DNA of 64,000 nt from Raillietiella orientalis (Eukaryota), in NCBI GenBank assembly GCA_036172245.1, contig JAYWIR010000001.1, forward strand, positions 5,766,001 to 5,830,000. Direction: 5' to 3'. The position numbers and the translations under genes are program-made. Under the pieces are notes generated by a model. The model ran no database searches, had not been told where the DNA came from, and saw only the letters and a program-made list of their open reading frames with translations. The stretch's first letter is position 1; each line of letters opens with the position of its first letter. Below are positions 47,282 through 61,000 of the stretch, one piece after another.

Positions 47282-50200
47282 GTGAGTACCCGCGCGCCCT
47301 TCGGTGAGGGAATCCTCCCGAAGAACGCTTGCTGCTGCTACTCAGGAGTTTCCCCGAGGTGCTTGAGTCTGCTCCTCCCTTCCCCCTCCGTCTTCCTCCC
47401 TCTCCGAGGAGCCAGGAACCACGCCTGACGACGACCGCTGCGGTGACTGCGGGTGGTGCCAACAAAAAAAGCCGTGCCTTCCGTTTGCAGCACGCGTGCG
47501 CGCGTTCCGTGCCGATCTCTGGTCCTGCTCGGAACGCGGGGGCAACGGCAGCAGCAGCAAGCCGGCGTGGCAGGAATCTTGCTCTCCCGTGATGATGATG
47601 CGCCGCACTGCGCGCACGCGATGCTTCCCTTGCACCCGGTCGCCATGATTTATGGCGTCGATGGACAAGAGCTCTCGCGGCACGAGCGATCTGTACCGGC
47701 AGTCCCCCTTTTCTCCCATCCTCCCTCCCTCCCCACTTGCCGGTTGCACATCCGAGCGTCCAGCAGAGAGCAGCATCCCCCTTCCCCCTCACCCTGGAGC
47801 ACGCGCGCGCCAGCAGTGAGACAGCCGGAGACCAACCGATCCGAAGATTTGGGGGAGTGAACGGGTGACCGATCCTGCCGCACGAGGGAGAGACGGATGA
47901 GGCTGGATGACACTCTCTTCGAACGTGAGGGAGGGGGTGCCACGCGTTGGAGGGTTCACCACCGAAAGACCCTTTCGGACCCCGTGACCGGCGGGAGGGT
48001 TTCCTCGCCGCCTGTCAGCACACACACACCTTCCTCCCCCGGAAGGGCGCGCTTCTACAACCTGCCCTTCCGGGGGAAGCGGGATGAGGGCATCGCCCGC
48101 CCTCGGGGTGCGAAATGATTCATTTTGCCTCCGGCGTTTTCCTAGTGCCCCATCCCTGTTTATCGCTTGGCGTAGCCGACTCATAGCTGTTTCCATCCTC
48201 CCGTTTGCCAGGTGGCTTCCGGCGATTCCAGGAGCTGCATCCGGACCTGTGCGAGGACACGCTGCTCAGCCCCAGGGTTTCCGATCCCGACCTCTTCCTG
48301 GCCAAGACGCCCCTCAACTGCTTCGACATCGAGAACCATCCCGTCAGCCGCGTGCTTCCCCACCTATTCCTGGGAAACGCCCGCGACGCCGAGGACCTGC
48401 AGAACCTGAATCTCCTGGGGGTCACGAGGGTCCTGAATGTCACGGCCCACCTCCCGGGTCACCACGAGGACAGCGGCATAACCTACAAGAAGCTGCCCGC
48501 GGCGGACAGCGGCACGCAGAACCTCCGCCAGTACTTCGAGGAAGCCTTCGCGTTCATTGGTGAGTTTTTCCCGCCCGCGAGCCCCTCCCCCTTTCTCCCT
48601 CCCTCCATCCCGGAGCCCGGGACGCGGAAATTGAAAAAGCGGGGCCCTCCGAAGCGATAACTGCGTGACAAATTCGGGACGTCGTTGCTTTTCCAGCCCA
48701 CATGAGTCACTCTCGCCAGGATTTAATTGCACGCGCGAAAGGGCGTTTGTCGCCGCCGGAAAGGGAACCGGGATGAATCACTTCTTTTTTTTTTCCCTCC
48801 CCTCTTCCTCCTCCCCTTCCCCCCCGAGTCGCGCGCGAAAGGGGGTCGTCTTTCAGGAACAGGGCGGCGCCCCGCTTCCGTGCGCGTGCGGCGTGTCCGT
48901 CCGTCCGAACGTCCTCCGCGCGCGCTGACTAAGCGCTCGTTCACACGCCAGGCTCCCAGGTGCGTGCGCCACCACTTCCTCTTCCTCCCTCCCTCCATCC
49001 CTCCCGCTCTCTCTCCCCGATGACGACTCGTGGTCCCTGTCGCCCTTTCCTGCTCCATCGACCTTTGACAATGTTGACATTCAGCGTTCGCTTCGGGAGC
49101 CGCCGCTCGCCCCCGCCGCCTCGTTTGGCGCCGTCGGAAGACCGTCAGAGGAAGGACGCAAGGATCGACGACCAAACGACGGGAAAGCTGACCTGATCTG
49201 ACCTGACCTGACCTTCCCCACCAACCTCTTCTCCTTGCAATTCGCCTGCCACCGGGGGAGGGGGGTAAAGTCCAGTAGCTGCTCGGCGCGCCTTCGTCCG
49301 GATGGCCGAGATGGGATCCTCCTCTTCCTCCTTTCCTTTCTGTTTCGAAAAAAGAGGGAGGAGGGAAGAATGGGGTGACTTTTCTCCCTTCTCCCAGGGT
49401 CTTCTTCGACAGGAGGTTCGAGGAAAACCCTGCAAAAACCGCGCGCACGGTTCGATTACCCTCGCGTGACATCCGAGTCTCCTTGCTGACACGTCCCAGT
49501 TTTCCTGAGCAACGGTTTCCTCCTCGACGCCGAAGGCAGGAAGGCGCGAACGCTGCGGCGACGGAGTGGGGGGAGCAGCAGCGGTGACCACGATGCGGCG
49601 GCGCCGTATCTTCGCTGCCGAGTCCGAAGACCGCGGCGGCGCCAGCAGCAACAAACGGCATCTTCCTCCCCCGCTTTCGCGGTCGTAACTGCAGAGCGGA
49701 CGACCAGGATCCCCAGCCCTCCCTGCTGCCGGTGCCGACGTTGCTGCCGCGCCAAAGAGACGAAGGGGGAGGGAACGCGGTGGACGCGCAGCAACCACCG
49801 GATCGCCCCTCTGTCCGTATTCGAGGTGCATCCTCCGTGCCAAGAAGGCCTGTATCGGTGCACGCCGGCGGAAGAGCACGGATGCTGCGTGCAGAAGAGC
49901 GCGGAGGCTGCAGCCGGCGTCGGGGACACGCGCCCTCGCTAATTTCTCACGAATGGCACCTGAGTCGACGCACGTCTGCTCTAGACTGGGATGCGGACGA
50001 GGATGAAGACGGGCTCCCAGGGCTCAGCCCGTAGCGGATGCGGTAGGAAAGGGAGAGGAGAGCGGGGGATACGCGTGTGGCTTAGGGAGCCTCCCTCCCT
50101 CCCTAAGGGATGTGACGAAGTGAGCTCCACCCTCCCCTGTCAGGTGGTTCTTCCCTCCCCTTGTTTCCAGGGCTGCGCATCATGTGAAGGACAGATCTGG

Positions 50201-51528
50201 ATACCGTCACGAGCATCTCTGGATCTCATCTCGTTCCCCCAATCTTCCTGACTAAGAGCCTGGAAGGTTCCCACCATCTTTTGTCTTCCTCCTCCTCCTC
50301 ATCATCATCATCACCATGATCATCATCTTCCTCCTCCTCCTACGACTACTACTACTATTCTTTTGCACCCGCCGTTTCACCGTGTTTTCGTCAAAGAAGC
50401 ACTTCACTCCTTTGGTGCCCACTCCGATCCCATCTTCGCCCTCCCCGTTTTAAGGAAGGCGCTCACACCTAAAACCGAATGACGATGATGGCGCTCCCAC
50501 TCGCTCCCACAGGCCCCGTTCCATCCACGATCCGTACCTGGACGTCACAGGCTTTGCCCTCAGCTAAGGCCCTTCCTCCCCCTTTGCTTTCTCGAGAGCG
50601 GTGCTCTGCCGTCGCCATCAGCTCAGGCCATATCGACGCTCCCCCGGAGCGCTCCCTCCCTCCTCGGTGGCTGCTGCGCCGCGTCCGCTCCGAAGCTCCC
50701 CGCTGTTACCGCAGGGAATCTCTTCCGCCTCCGGATCGGGGGGTGTCTGTGGACGCGGAGAGAGGGGGCGAGCATGCCCTTCGCACACTCATCTTTCTCT
50801 TTCTCGTCGCCTCCCTAACTGGGTGGTCTTTCGGGGAGGGGTCGAACCGCTGAGTTGGTGGTGGTGGTGGTGGTGGCCAGCGAAACGGGAGCTGGACACC
50901 CGGAACCCAGCGGTTCCAGTCGGACGACTCCTCACGCGACCATGCTCATCGTCGTTCGCGGTGCACACGGGTGAACGGGTGTCCTTGCTCGAGGTCACGC
51001 TTCTTGAAGGTGCTGCTTTCTTCCTTCCCTTCGTCTCCTCTCGCGGTCGCTCCGGATGACTCAGCCGGACTCCCTCCCCCTCCGGCTTTTCGGATCCCTG
51101 TGATTGAGGTCCACCGCCCGCACGCGTTTTTCCCTCTTTCCCTGAAAGATGGGAGGGTGGATGCACGTTGTTTCCGCAGGCGATGCGCGCGGCTCTGTTC
51201 CCCTTCGGCCCTGCTGACTCCAAGACTCGTTCCAGATGAAGCTGCGAAGGTCCACACGAACGTCCTGGTCCACTGCCAAGCCGGCATCTCCCGTAGCCCC
51301 ACGATCGCCATAGCCTACGTCATGAAGTACCTGAACTTGGATCTTCTGGATGCCTACAAGCTGGTGAAGAGCAAGCGCCCGATCATCTCACCGAACTTCA
51401 ACTTCATGGGCCAGCTCCTCGAGTTCGAGCAAGGGCTAAAGGCGGTCCGGTACGATCCCAAGGTCGCTGACCTCCGTCCGAAGTGGTCGAGCGCTCCAGC
51501 GGACGAAACCGCTCTGTGCTCGGCATGA
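46498..51528 (+). CDS. DUSP10: Dual-specificity MAPK phosphatase DUSP10/MKP5 (puckered-related); exons 46498(or 46720)-47281, 48212-48559, 51236-51528
   Basis: Two phase-1 GTGAGT..AG introns give an in-frame product (474 aa, or 400 aa from ATG 46720). Rhodanese/CH2 domain ([23 protein letters not shown]-like [18 protein letters not shown]) plus DSP domain ([56 protein letters not shown]). Confidence 0.93.
48212..48559 (+). CDS. DUSP10: DUSP10 coding exon B
   Basis: Acceptor tttgccag|, [10 protein letters not shown]...VLPHLFLGN...FEEAFAFI, donor G|GTGAGT. Confidence 0.93.
51236..51528 (+). CDS. DUSP10: DUSP10 coding exon C (catalytic HCX5R)
   Basis: Branch-like GCTGAC ~20 nt upstream, acceptor ttccag|, [25 protein letters not shown] stop. 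Confidence 0.93.
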
Positions 51529-53095
51529 TCCACGAGGTGGCCTTCGCGTTGGTGGACGTCGCCGACGACGGCCTCGTGGATTTTTTCCTCCCTCTAGTCA
51601 CGATGTCGCTCGAGCAGCTGGTCGGTTCCGTAAGGACAAAAAGAAACGGCAACACCAATAAAAAAAAAAAAAAAAAAAAAAGAAGTCCATGCCGAGAGTG
51701 TCTTTCCGTGGTCTTCCTAGGGAGCTCCAGCAAGCCCCTTGGGCAGCGATCTTGCAAAACTCCTCCCCTTCCCCCCCCCCCCCACTCCGCGCGTCACGGA
51801 GCTGCCCAGACTTGTGCGTAAGTTGGTGGCATCACGCAGGTGTAGGCATCTTCCGTGAACACGAGTAGAGCGCGCCTGTCGCCAAGGAGACTGGTCGCAG
51901 AGCACCACCGAGGGAGGACAAAGTTCGGATGAGCTAGAAGCTGCCGCGCGCTCGCGAGCGGGACGAAAGCTCTCTTCCTCACCCCCTCTCGTGCATCGAC
52001 GGATCAGACGCGGCATGCGGAAACGCAAACGCTCTGTGCACGTGCACGGAAGGAGGAGGAGGAGGGTGGAAGGGAAAGCTGCGTGTTCGTTGGGATGTTA
52101 CGAAGAACGTGAGGTGATTCTTCCTTCCACTAGGCAGTGTCAAGAAGGTTCCAAACTCCCAAAACGTCGGTGGTCTATATGGGCCCGCCCATGCTTCGAG
52201 TTCGACGACAGAACTCTTCGTGGAGCTTCTGGTTCGCTTCCGGCTTCCTGCTCCCCCGCACGGCAAGCTGCCTCCTTTCTGCTCACCTCATCTATAAATA
52301 CATTACGATCTGTAGATGAAGTTCGCCCCATACTGCTGTGTCGTCGTCTCCTTCGGTGCATTCCGGTGGCGGCGTGCTGCGCTGATTTACTGGAACAAAT
52401 GCCTTCATTCGCCTCGCTGAGCGAGATGTAACGAATGGGGGTCACCGGAGACCGCAGCAGAGTGCCATTTCTCTCCCTCCTTTTTGTTCAGGATCCCCTG
52501 GCGAACGTTCTGGCGATGCCTTTCCTCTCTCCGAGGCATCCGTTCCCGGCCTGATAAACTGTTTTCGCTGTATACTTGCATCTTAATCACGTGGAAGTCT
52601 CTCCATCTCGCCCGTGCGTACTTACGCATGGAGCCGATTATAATTAGAACAAATGTTTATGACTCAGTTCGGTTCATTAGAGACCGCTCTACAGTTCCCA
52701 GGGTCCCATCGAGTTCTAATCCACATTTTTAAGCCGCATTTAAAGCTTCCCCCCCCCCCCTTCCCTTCCTCGGGCTTCCGAGCGCCAGATTATGGATTTT
52801 CTCTTGTTCCCTGATTCCTCTTCGGCGCGGCGTTTGTTTACGGCCGCTCTTTTGAATGATGGACCGCGCCACGGGTTCGCGTCGGTGCGGGGAACGGTTT
52901 TTACATAAACTCCGGGATAAGCGCGCGCTGTCCTCTCGAGCGCTCCGCGCTCTCCCGCTACGACACGTGTCTCCTTGACGCAAACGATCTGGAGCCAAAA
53001 AACCACACTGCGCTGATCTCCCCCCTCGCCCTGCGACGAATCGTCATCCTACGATCTGCCTGTCGGCGACGCCGTGCACGCTCGTGAGCGTGAGC

Positions 53096-53127
<32 letters not shown>

Positions 53128-53169
53128 TGTGCGTGTGTGTGTATGTGTGTGTTTTACAAAACGTAAAGC

Positions 53170-53720
53170 GGAAAGAGGTCAGATCACCCTTGACAAACTG
53201 AGAACCTTGGATGAAGTAACCGGCGTGCAACGCGGAAGTCTGGAATAACGGAATAGCCATTCCGACTGATGATGCATCCGAATGAGATTCATCTGCCTAA
53301 TGAGGGATGAAGTAGATGGCTTTGATGCGGCAGCCAATGACTGAAAGGCAAACGGTGGGGCCCAGTCGTAGCAACAATGGGAGGATCCGTCGTCCGTCGT
53401 AGCAACAATGGGAGGATCCGTCGTCCGTCGCATCAACAATGGGATGATCCGTCGTCACAATAAAAACGGGAGAGTGCATTGTTGCGATGGTGGCAACAGT
53501 GACGTTATTGCATTCGCGTGAACGTTTGGTTGGAAACGAAGCTGCAGATCCACCGCCTGCAAGGCCTGCAGCGCACCCGGCTGTTCCTGGGATCACGCAG
53601 CATTTTAAGCGACGTTCCATCGCCCCGTGCGAACCGGGGGTCGTGCATCTGGTCAGAGGGCCACGAGCCTGTAGCACGGGCAACTGCCGCGGAGCTGTTC
53701 AAACATTCATCTCGAAGGCA
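53170..53720 (-). mobile_element. Decayed CR1/L2-like LINE RT C-terminal fragment
   Basis: DGTSLKML...ALQALQAV..W and LRLGP...IPLFQTS...FVKGDL resemble ADDT.L...LQ.DL..L..W, KDLG and LVR..L.Y; very degenerate. Confidence 0.3.
53365..53456. repeat. 31-bp tandem repeat x3 (GTCGTAGCAACAATGGGAGGATCCGTCGTCC)
   Basis: Two identical units and a third with 3 substitutions; no spacers. Confidence 0.9.
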
Positions 53721-55099
53721 ATCTCCCGGTAAAACAGAGGGGGGTTTATGGCACCCTAGAGAGGCGAGTTCCCCTCGTTTTTTTGTTCCCGGCGATCAGG
53801 AGGTGGCGTGACGCAAAGCTGATGCCTCTGCCGAGGCAAAGTGCCCCTCACCTTCCGACCTTCCGCAGAAGGCTGATGGGTTTGCTTGAGCGTGTGTAGA
53901 AGGCTGCCACGTACAAATGTGTTGTTTCGCAACAGCAACGGCGCGCTCCGCCTCGATAAAGAGGGCGCGCCTGACTCGCTGGGCCGCTCGCCGTCGTGTG
54001 GTCACGAACGTCGCGGGGGGGATGCCCGAACCTCCCGGAGACCGAGGTGCGCAACCGCAACAACGGCGCAGCCAGGGCGCTGAGGAGTGGGCGCGCCTCC
54101 TGTTGACGCAGCTCGCAACGCAAACGACTTCGCGGGAACCCCGTTTACCCATCACCCCTCCCTCGCCTGCACTCGGCGGCTCATCCAACCGTCGTGTGTC
54201 CTCGGGAATCCTTGAAAGGGGGAGAAGAGCGGGAATGAAAACAGGCATCGAAATTCGACGACGAGCGTTTCGGTCCCCAGGTTTTTGGGGCTTCCCCTGT
54301 CGCCGCGTTAATTCACTTACATCGCACAGGCAGTCCCTAATCTGAGCAAACATGGAAAGCGCAGCTTGGAGTGCCTGGATGCAATCCAATCACCGTTATT
54401 TGGTTTCGGGAGTTCAAATACCAATGTTTTCCTTTTATTTTTGCAGAGGAAGGGACACGGCGGGCGGACGAATGGATTTCCGAGCAGATCGTCCCGAAAA
54501 CTGGAGATCGGCTGAAAAATTTGAATGGGGGTAGGAAAGAAGGGTGGCTGCGAAAGTAGGACGAGGTGCTCGGCAGCGCACAGCTAGTCGTTGCTCCCGG
54601 CAGCCGAAAGCGAAACGGGAAGACGTGCGTGTGCGCGCGCGTTTTTTTCGTGTATAGCCAGAGAGAATTTCGACGACAGCGCGAGATGCGTTTTCCTAAC
54701 CTCCGCGCGCGCGCGCCCGCAAGAGCAGCGCAGGAAACGCTCGTCGCCCAACTCCTGCGCGTTGGCCACGACCAGATATCGCCTTTCCCGCGCCCCAGCG
54801 CAACGGCGCCGCGGAAAAAGGAAGCCGGTGCGAACAACACCGGAAGTGCATCCGACACCGAGTCCGTGGTATCTGGCCGGAAGCGTTGCAAAAAGGACAA
54901 GTCGGTTGGCAGCTCATGGGAGGCACGTTGGAAGCTGGCAGTGCGGAACAAAATGCGCAATGGAAAAAAAAAAGGGGGGGGGGGGAACATCCCGTCGCGT
55001 GCTCAATGGCAGTCCCTTGCGCACGGGGAGTGGAGGAAAGTGAAGGACTGACTGTACGCGGCAGCGGCACAACGCGGTCGTCGTCGTCATGGCTACTGC

Positions 55100-58000
55100 G
55101 TTTTCGCCACAACCGAAGACGAGGAGTTTGCGTTGCGAGACTCCCTCCAACGGCCTCGAGATTCTGCGGATGGCACTCTTCCGGACCGCCGCCGCCGCCT
55201 CGGTGTGGAGTACAAGCCGAGCGGACAGGGGTGGAGGGTCTGCGCAGGCATGCATGAGACCGAGGAGGGGCGCATCCGCTTCCTGCCGCGGTGAGACGAC
55301 CGCAGCGGCCATCCAGTGACGACGGCGACCACGTCGTCGTTGTCACCTTCATGGTCTCGTGCCGAGTCGCTGCCACCACCTCCAGGCGAGGAAGTTCTTG
55401 AGAGAGCTGAATCTGCGCGGCGCCCGGCTGCCGAGAGGCACGCGCACTCCTGCAACGACGCGCTCCAGGTGATGGCCCCGTCTGGAACGGGTAGGGGGAC
55501 CGAGCGGAGCACCACCATCGAGGGAAAACCTCGCCCCACCGAGCTCGAAGCACAGGCGTTCCGTCTCCTCGACGAGATTGAATGCCCCAGCGACGGACCC
55601 ACCGCTTGGGGCACCAGGAATCCCGGCCGTTGGATGGCCCTCTCATCGGGAACAGAGGCTGTTCCCCCAGGCAGAGCCTTGCCGCTACCGAGTAGGCCGC
55701 TTGGTAGTACAAGGAAGAAGAATGTAAGACAATGAAGGGGGAGGTGAAAGGGTGGATAGAAATGGTGGAGGAGCGCCCTCGCTGGGACATTCAAGTCCCC
55801 TCCCCCCAGGGGAAAATCTCCTCCGAACCACTCCGCGGCAGGGATCGCGCCCAGCGGGCTAGCGTCTACAACCTCAGCAGAAGTCAGAACCTGAGAGGCG
55901 GCACAGGCGTTGGTTCGCATGCGCCGTCTCCCGGTGAGTGCGCGCGTGCAAAGTGTGCAGAAAGGGACACATTGGCTCCCAGGCCTGGCGGACGGCAGAG
56001 ATGGACGACAAAGCTCGGAGGAGCAGGCGAGAGCTACCGGCGGGAAAGTCGTTGCCTAAGCGCCGGGATGTGTTCTTCCGGGCAAGAGCACCCTTGCTTC
56101 TACATCTCGGGCGAGGCCGCGTCGATCTCGGTGGGCGGCGTCTCCGAGAGCATCGACTCAGGAGCCACGGCACCTGGTCTCCATCTTGCTGTTTGCAACC
56201 TGTGTTCTTGGGGGACCGTCCGCTCCACCACCTCCTCAGTCGATCTCTCCATCTTCGGGTACCTCTTCACGAGCGGGGGATTTTCGTCTTCCCGTCCGCC
56301 CAGTATCCGGCAGAGTGGGATGGAGATGGAAGAATGGATGAGGAGGAGGGATGGGGAAAGAGGAGGAGGAAGGGAGGGTGCGAATAGTGGAGGTGGTGGA
56401 TGGGAAGAGTGGAGGAATTCTTCTCGATCGATCTGCCGCCGCGTTCCCTCCAAACTGTCGGTGGTCCCACCGGGGCTCGCTGTGCGGCTCCAGAGCACTG
56501 GATGTCCAAGCACACCCGGACTCTCCCAGTGTGCTCCGCCCGTCGCCTTCGGACCTTTTAGTTCTTGGATCCTCGCTAACCCTGGCGAACCCTTGGAAAC
56601 GAAGTAGAGCGCCAACTCCCCCTATTTGACCACCCCGTTTTGTTGCGCCTCTGCTGAGTCCTCGGAGGGGCAGGAGACGTCCAGCAGGTGAACTCGACCC
56701 CTTCCCCTGAGGCATCAGTTTCGCCTTGGCATTGAGGCTTGGGGTCCATTTCAGGGGTGACCTCGGTGGAAGCCAGCAGCCCCAATGTTTCCGTGTAGCC
56801 CCTCTTGGTCCCGGCATGACTCCGACAATCACACCCGGGTAGGTGGCTGATTCAGTGATTGGGGATTAGGAGCAGACGGGAGTTTTCCCACCCCGCACAT
56901 CCTGTCCATGCCGTTCCTGGAGGAGCGAGCGAGGTCCTCGCAGGCAGCTCGTTGAACAGCAACGCAGCCGTAAGAAACGCTTGGCTGCTGCTGCCTTCTC
57001 CCGGGGAGAACGCCGTCAGGGACGGCGCCAAAGGGACGCCCACACGAGGTTGAAGGATGTCCCCAATGGGTCAGGAAAAGGGAGCACGGCCAGAGAGGCC
57101 CGCAGCAAACAGCGGGCAGCCGCGAGCATCATCCGCAGTTGGGGGATCAGCTGCTTCCAGGCGATTCTTCCGGAGATCGCAAGGAGGGGTGGGTGGTGAA
57201 GCCATACAGTGGCGCACCTCGGCGAGTCTCCCCACTGCCTGCCACCACTCGCTCCTCCTCTTCTCCCTACTTTGGTGCACGCTGCAAGTCCGCGAGTCGT
57301 GCAGGGGGCCTCGGGTGGACAAATGACAAAACTCGCTCGCCTGTGGCCCCCTGTTGGGGGCGCACGCGCCGGAGGGTCGAGGAGACGCCATGGGGTTTCT
57401 TATTTCTTGCGCTCGTAAAGGATGAGCGCAGGCATCTCTCATCTCGAGGGGGTGACGAAAGCAGAAGGGCGACGCATGCTGTCCTCCTCCCTCTCCTCCT
57501 CCTCCACCACCACTACCACTATTCCCATCCACCCTTCTATTCTTCCCTTCCTCCTCCTCCTCCTCCTCCTCCTCCTCCTTCGTTCTTCCCTTCCACCTCT
57601 CTCCCTCGTTCCCTTCCTTGCCCTACATTCCTCCTCCTCCCCCTCCTCTGCTCGTCTCCGCTTCCCTTTCCTCCGCCGGTTCAACGCCCCTCGTCCCGGT
57701 CGCTCCTGTGCCTCCCTTCAGGAAGGAGCGACCGAGCCAATGAGTCTCTCCGGATGCGGACCTGAGGGAGGAGGCTGAGCGCTGTGCTCAGATGCGAAGG
57801 CGGGGGAAACTGCGCGGTCGCGTGTGCCTCCGGCGCACCGCGCTGGAACGCAGGAGGCAGGGGGAGGATTCTTCGCGCGGGTCTGCGCGCGCGACCCCAT
57901 CTCAGGAGGGGCTTCCGCATCGTCTTTCAAGGTCGCGCGGACCACGACCCACAGGAGGAGGGCGGCCCTCCCTCCCCCTCTTCATAGCGGCGAAGACTTC

Positions 58001-61000
58001 CGCCTGCGCGATCGCAGGCATGTGGCGAACGTCCCTCCGCCCCGCACGCGCGCGCATTGCACCGCTGAGAGCGCCCGCAGTGGAAAACGCACATGCGCTT
58101 CCTTCGGGCGCGCCGGATCCGCAGCGTTCGTCACGGACGCCCGGGGTCGCTTCTCTGCACACGAAAGGGAACGCGTCTCCGCCCGGAGAACTGATTGGTC
58201 GCCGCGGAAAACCGGACGCTCCTTGGATTTTTTCTTTTTTTCTTTTATTATTGTAAGGGTGGATCCTCCTCCCTCCACCTCCCAACATTGCCACTTCGAG
58301 GAGACCAGCCAAGTGACAGACTCGGCGGCCCCCACAGCAGGATCCGCCCCGACCGACGCTGGGGGAGGTCGCGGAGGAAGGGAGGGGACGACGTCCGCAC
58401 TTGGAGGTGACCCAGGGGAAAACAGGACACCTTGGGGAAGCAACGGTGACGATCACCACCACTCCCCTTTCCCCCTTGCGGTGACCCCCGTGAGGGTCCG
58501 ACCGACGTGGTCAACCTCCAGCTGTCCTCATCATCGGTGGTGCGCAGGAGATGGGTCTTTTGAAGCGCCACCCTCCGGTTCGGTCCTCCTCGCTCGAAAG
58601 CGTGACCTCTGCGCGGAACTGGGCGGCGGGTCGGGGACTCGGCGTTCGGCCCCAGGAGGGGCAGAAGCTCCCGGCGGAGGGGATTCCAAGATGACTGCGC
58701 TCTCCCATGTCCCTTCGATCGCCCATTCCTCCCGCGCGCACTTCTGCTCCGGAGGCGAATGGGCTCGCGGCGGCCATCCGTAGCGACGGGGCAGTCCGCC
58801 CGGAGGAGAAGAGGGAATCCGACGGCCTCCAGGAGAACATGGGTGCGCCACCGACCCCAGAGGATGCCCGCGGCAGCTCCGCTTCACCCACCCTGCCCCT
58901 TTCCCCTTCCTGCAGCCGGCCGCGGCCTCCGGGTGGGAGTTCGCCGCGTGCTGCGTGGGTCCCCACCGAGGGCACCTCCGTCCAGCTGCGCCAGAAAGTC
59001 GAAACAAAAAGAGGCGCAGTCGGAGGGAACGTTTCGAGCACGTTTTTCCTGCCTCTCCCCGATCCTCTTCCGGACGCCTTTCCCCGGGAGAGGACCCACA
59101 GAGCACCTTTCAGCTGACCTGCGAGGTCAGATCTCAGAGGGGGCAGCTCCGCCAGCACTCGAAAAGGTTCTGGACGCGTCCACTCCGCCAACACAAGTAC
59201 GGGATCGTTTCCCGGGACCGAAGGTCCGCCTGCTTGTCCTGGAGCCAAAGGGAGCCCCGGATCCCAGGAGGAAAAATCTTCGTTCCTGCCTCGGGCGCCG
59301 CGGCACGGAGACCGCGCAGAAGCCACAAGGGACGTGTCGCGCACAACGGGGAACCGAAGACGAGGAGGGAGAAGAGGAAGAAGGGTCTTCGCATCCCCTC
59401 CGGGAGGGAAAGGCGTGGCTCACAAGGGTCCCGAAGCGCCCCTGTACCATGAGGACCTTTGCCTCTCTGAGGGCCAGCTCCAAAGACCGAGGTTCCTTAA
59501 TTTCTCGGTCGGAGCGTCCCCGCCAGATCTGCGTCAGATGCAATGCAACGCCGCATTATCCCGAGGAATGACGGCGAAGTGCACCTCAGCCACCACGTGG
59601 AGGGTGGACGGTGCATCTTGACGAAGGTTTCTCGACTGAGGAAATTTCAGATCTACGGCATTCCTCTTCCTCTCTTCTCCTCCTCCTCTCTTCTCCTCCT
59701 GCTCCTCCTCCTCTCCTTTCCTCCTGCTCCTCCTCCTTCCCTTCTCGTCTTCGTCCTTCCTCCTCCTTCCTGACCCTTTTGCAAGCGGGCCTCCCGGATA
59801 ATCAGAATGGGTGCCCCCGGAAGTCACTCTACGAGGGGCGCGTCCGCCTGCTGCAGCAAACAAAGGGAAGATGCTTCCCCTTCGTCCAAGCAGGTGTGGC
59901 CGCCTGCTTAAAATAAATAAACGAGAAGACGCTCAATGGGAAAGGGGTCTGGCATCTGCTGGTCCGGAAGACCAACCCTTCCTGGGGACGGAGCTTGGGA
60001 GGAATGGGAGAACCAACCCTTTCCCTTTCCTGGTAAGAGGAGCAAGAGGTAAACAAACAAACAGGGCGTGAGGTAGACCGACGGTGATGGACGGGATGCC
60101 CGCCGGCCTTCCGCACCGGGAACGAACAGGAAGGGAGGGGGGGAATGGATCCCCAGAAGGACCGAGGTTCAATTTGGTCCCACCATCCTGTTTGGGAGCC
60201 ACTTCGCCGCTCTCCTAGAGCGGGCGGCTGCCGCACCCTTCCGGGACCTCGGCTACTGCTTCCGCTCCCGTGGGTGGAAGAAGACATGCCCGCGAGGAGG
60301 CAGGCAAAGAGGTGGGTCCTCTTGCGAGCTGACCCTGCGGGGAGAGGGGGGGGAAGGGGTTCGAAGACCCTTGCAACCTTTGACTAGCCCTGCCGCAGCT
60401 CCTGCAGCGCCCCAAGGAAGGGATTCTCCTTTCCCGTTCCTTGAGAGCGGAGGAAAACGACCGGTCTCCCAGGGGTCCTAAGGTGACCTCCGGCTGGACG
60501 TCCGGAGCGAAAACTCCGCGAAGCGCATCCACTCAGCTGCACACGCCCCGCCCAAGGCGTGGGTGAGGAGCAGCAGACCGAGCAGCCGCCCTGCGCCCCC
60601 GCGGGAAGGAGGGTCGAGGACCTGGCGCTCGCCCAGTGGGCCTTTCCGGAAGGCGGGAGAGTGGCATCCGCATGCATCCCTGCGGACGAATCCTCCGAAG
60701 GACGCGGGCCTGTCGACGGTCGCTCCCTTCGAAGGCCTTTCTCTCCTCCTACTGCCTGGGGTGAAGGAGCGGCGTCTCCGGAGAGGGGAAGGACAGAGAG
60801 GTGCAGCCGCATCCAAGGCGAACAAGCGAACGGATACTCCGCAAGGAGGGGAGCGACCCCTGGGTCCGATGATGCCCCCGGGCATTTGTTCACCAGCGCG
60901 AATAACCCACAAGCGGTCTCAGTCAGAAGCGTGCGCTCATGTATTCCGAAGAGAACCCGCGGCCCATGCTGCGCCGGAGGGACGCCCAGAGAGGCAGACG

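Noticed and set aside
50971..51235. N-terminal part of ORF 50971-51528 as coding
   Set aside because: It is intron 2 sequence in frame with exon C. The splice acceptor at 51235 restores the canonical FI-DEA junction.
53365..53456. CRISPR-like ~30-bp repeats
   Set aside because: Units are directly adjacent with no spacers, there are no cas genes, and the context is eukaryotic.
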